NCBI RefSeq assembly: GCF_018350175.1
Contig: NC_058368.1
Location: forward strand, 155,312,001 to 155,376,000
Direction: 5' to 3'
Length of the DNA: 64,000 nucleotides
From: Felis catus
Taxonomy: Eukaryota
Numbering within the stretch: position 1 is the stretch's first letter; each line of letters opens with the position of its first letter. A program made the translations under genes and the position numbers. The notes under the pieces were generated by a model, which made no database searches, was not told the DNA's origin, and worked only from the letters and a program-made list of their open reading frames with translations. Of this stretch, positions 63,338 through 64,000 are shown one piece after another.

Positions 63338-64000
63338 AAGGCAACTCATGGAATGGGAGAAGATATCTGCAAGTGACATATCAGATAAAGGATTAGTATT
63401 CAAAATCTATAATGAACTTACCAAACTCAACACCTGAAAAACAAATAATCCAGTGAAGTAACGGGCAGGAGACTTGAATATACACTTTTCCAAAGAAGAC
63501 ATCCACATGGCTAACAGACACATGAAATGATGCTCAACATCACTCAGCATCAGGGAAATACAAATCAAAACCACACTGAGATACCACCTCACACCAGAGT
63601 GGCTACAATGAACAACTTAGGAAACTACAGATGTTGGCGAGGATGTGGAGAAACGGCAACCCTCTTGCACTGTTGGTGGAAATGCTAACTGGTACAGCCA
63701 CTCTGGAAAACAGTATGGAGGTTCCTCAAAAATTAAAAATAGAATTACCCTATGACCCAGCAATAGGACTACTAGAATTTATCCAAAGGATACAGGAGTG
63801 CTGATGCATTGGGTACCCCAATGTTTATAGCAGTGCTGTCAACAAGAGCAAATTGTGGAAAGAGCCCAAATGTCCATCAACTAATGGATAAAGAAGATGT
63901 GGTGTATATATATACAACGGAATACTACTCGGCAATAAGAAAGAATGAAATCATGCCATTTGCAACAATATGGATGGAACTGGAGGGTATTATGCTAAGT

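Larger units (their letters stand above)
56987..64000 (+). mobile_element. Near full-length, inactivated carnivore L1 (5' UTR, ORF1, ORF2), running off the window end
   Basis: 5' start 'ggagaagtcaacatg'; ORF1 from 57370; ORF2 EN from ~58300; RT motifs [13 protein letters not shown] and [12 protein letters not shown]; many frameshifts. Confidence 0.96.

Noticed and set aside
1..64000. CRISPR arrays, operons or other prokaryotic/viral systems; intact ERV genes
   Set aside because: No regularly spaced repeat-spacer array, no gene-dense ORFs and no gag/pol/env frames; the sequence is repeat-rich mammalian non-coding DNA

Overview
Mammalian genomic DNA, almost certainly from a felid: it carries cat-type Can-SINEs (SINEC_Fc-like) and a felid-type L1 3' end. 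I cannot support any intact host protein-coding gene; the long ORFs are L1/SINE-derived or look like chance. The window reads as a large intron or intergenic region. It mixes transposon fossils (L1 of several ages, 16 Can-SINEs, MIR, L2, MaLR/ERVL LTRs, MER46C, MER58A, MER103C) with several kb-scale TE-poor blocks that may be regulatory. Repeat family names come from my recall of consensus sequences, not from a search. The best-supported notable structures are: (i) a 25-29 nt tailless U6 snRNA retrocopy with a perfect 15-bp target-site duplication (TSD) inside an L1; (ii) a three-tier L1-in-L1-in-L1 nest whose innermost element carries an apparent 43-bp 3' transduction; (iii) four fold-back, templated-insertion-like scars; and (iv) a CpG-retaining cluster of five GCGTG/CACGC cores. 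Candidate non-coding exons and hairpins are reported at low confidence. I found no evidence of a wholly new biological system.
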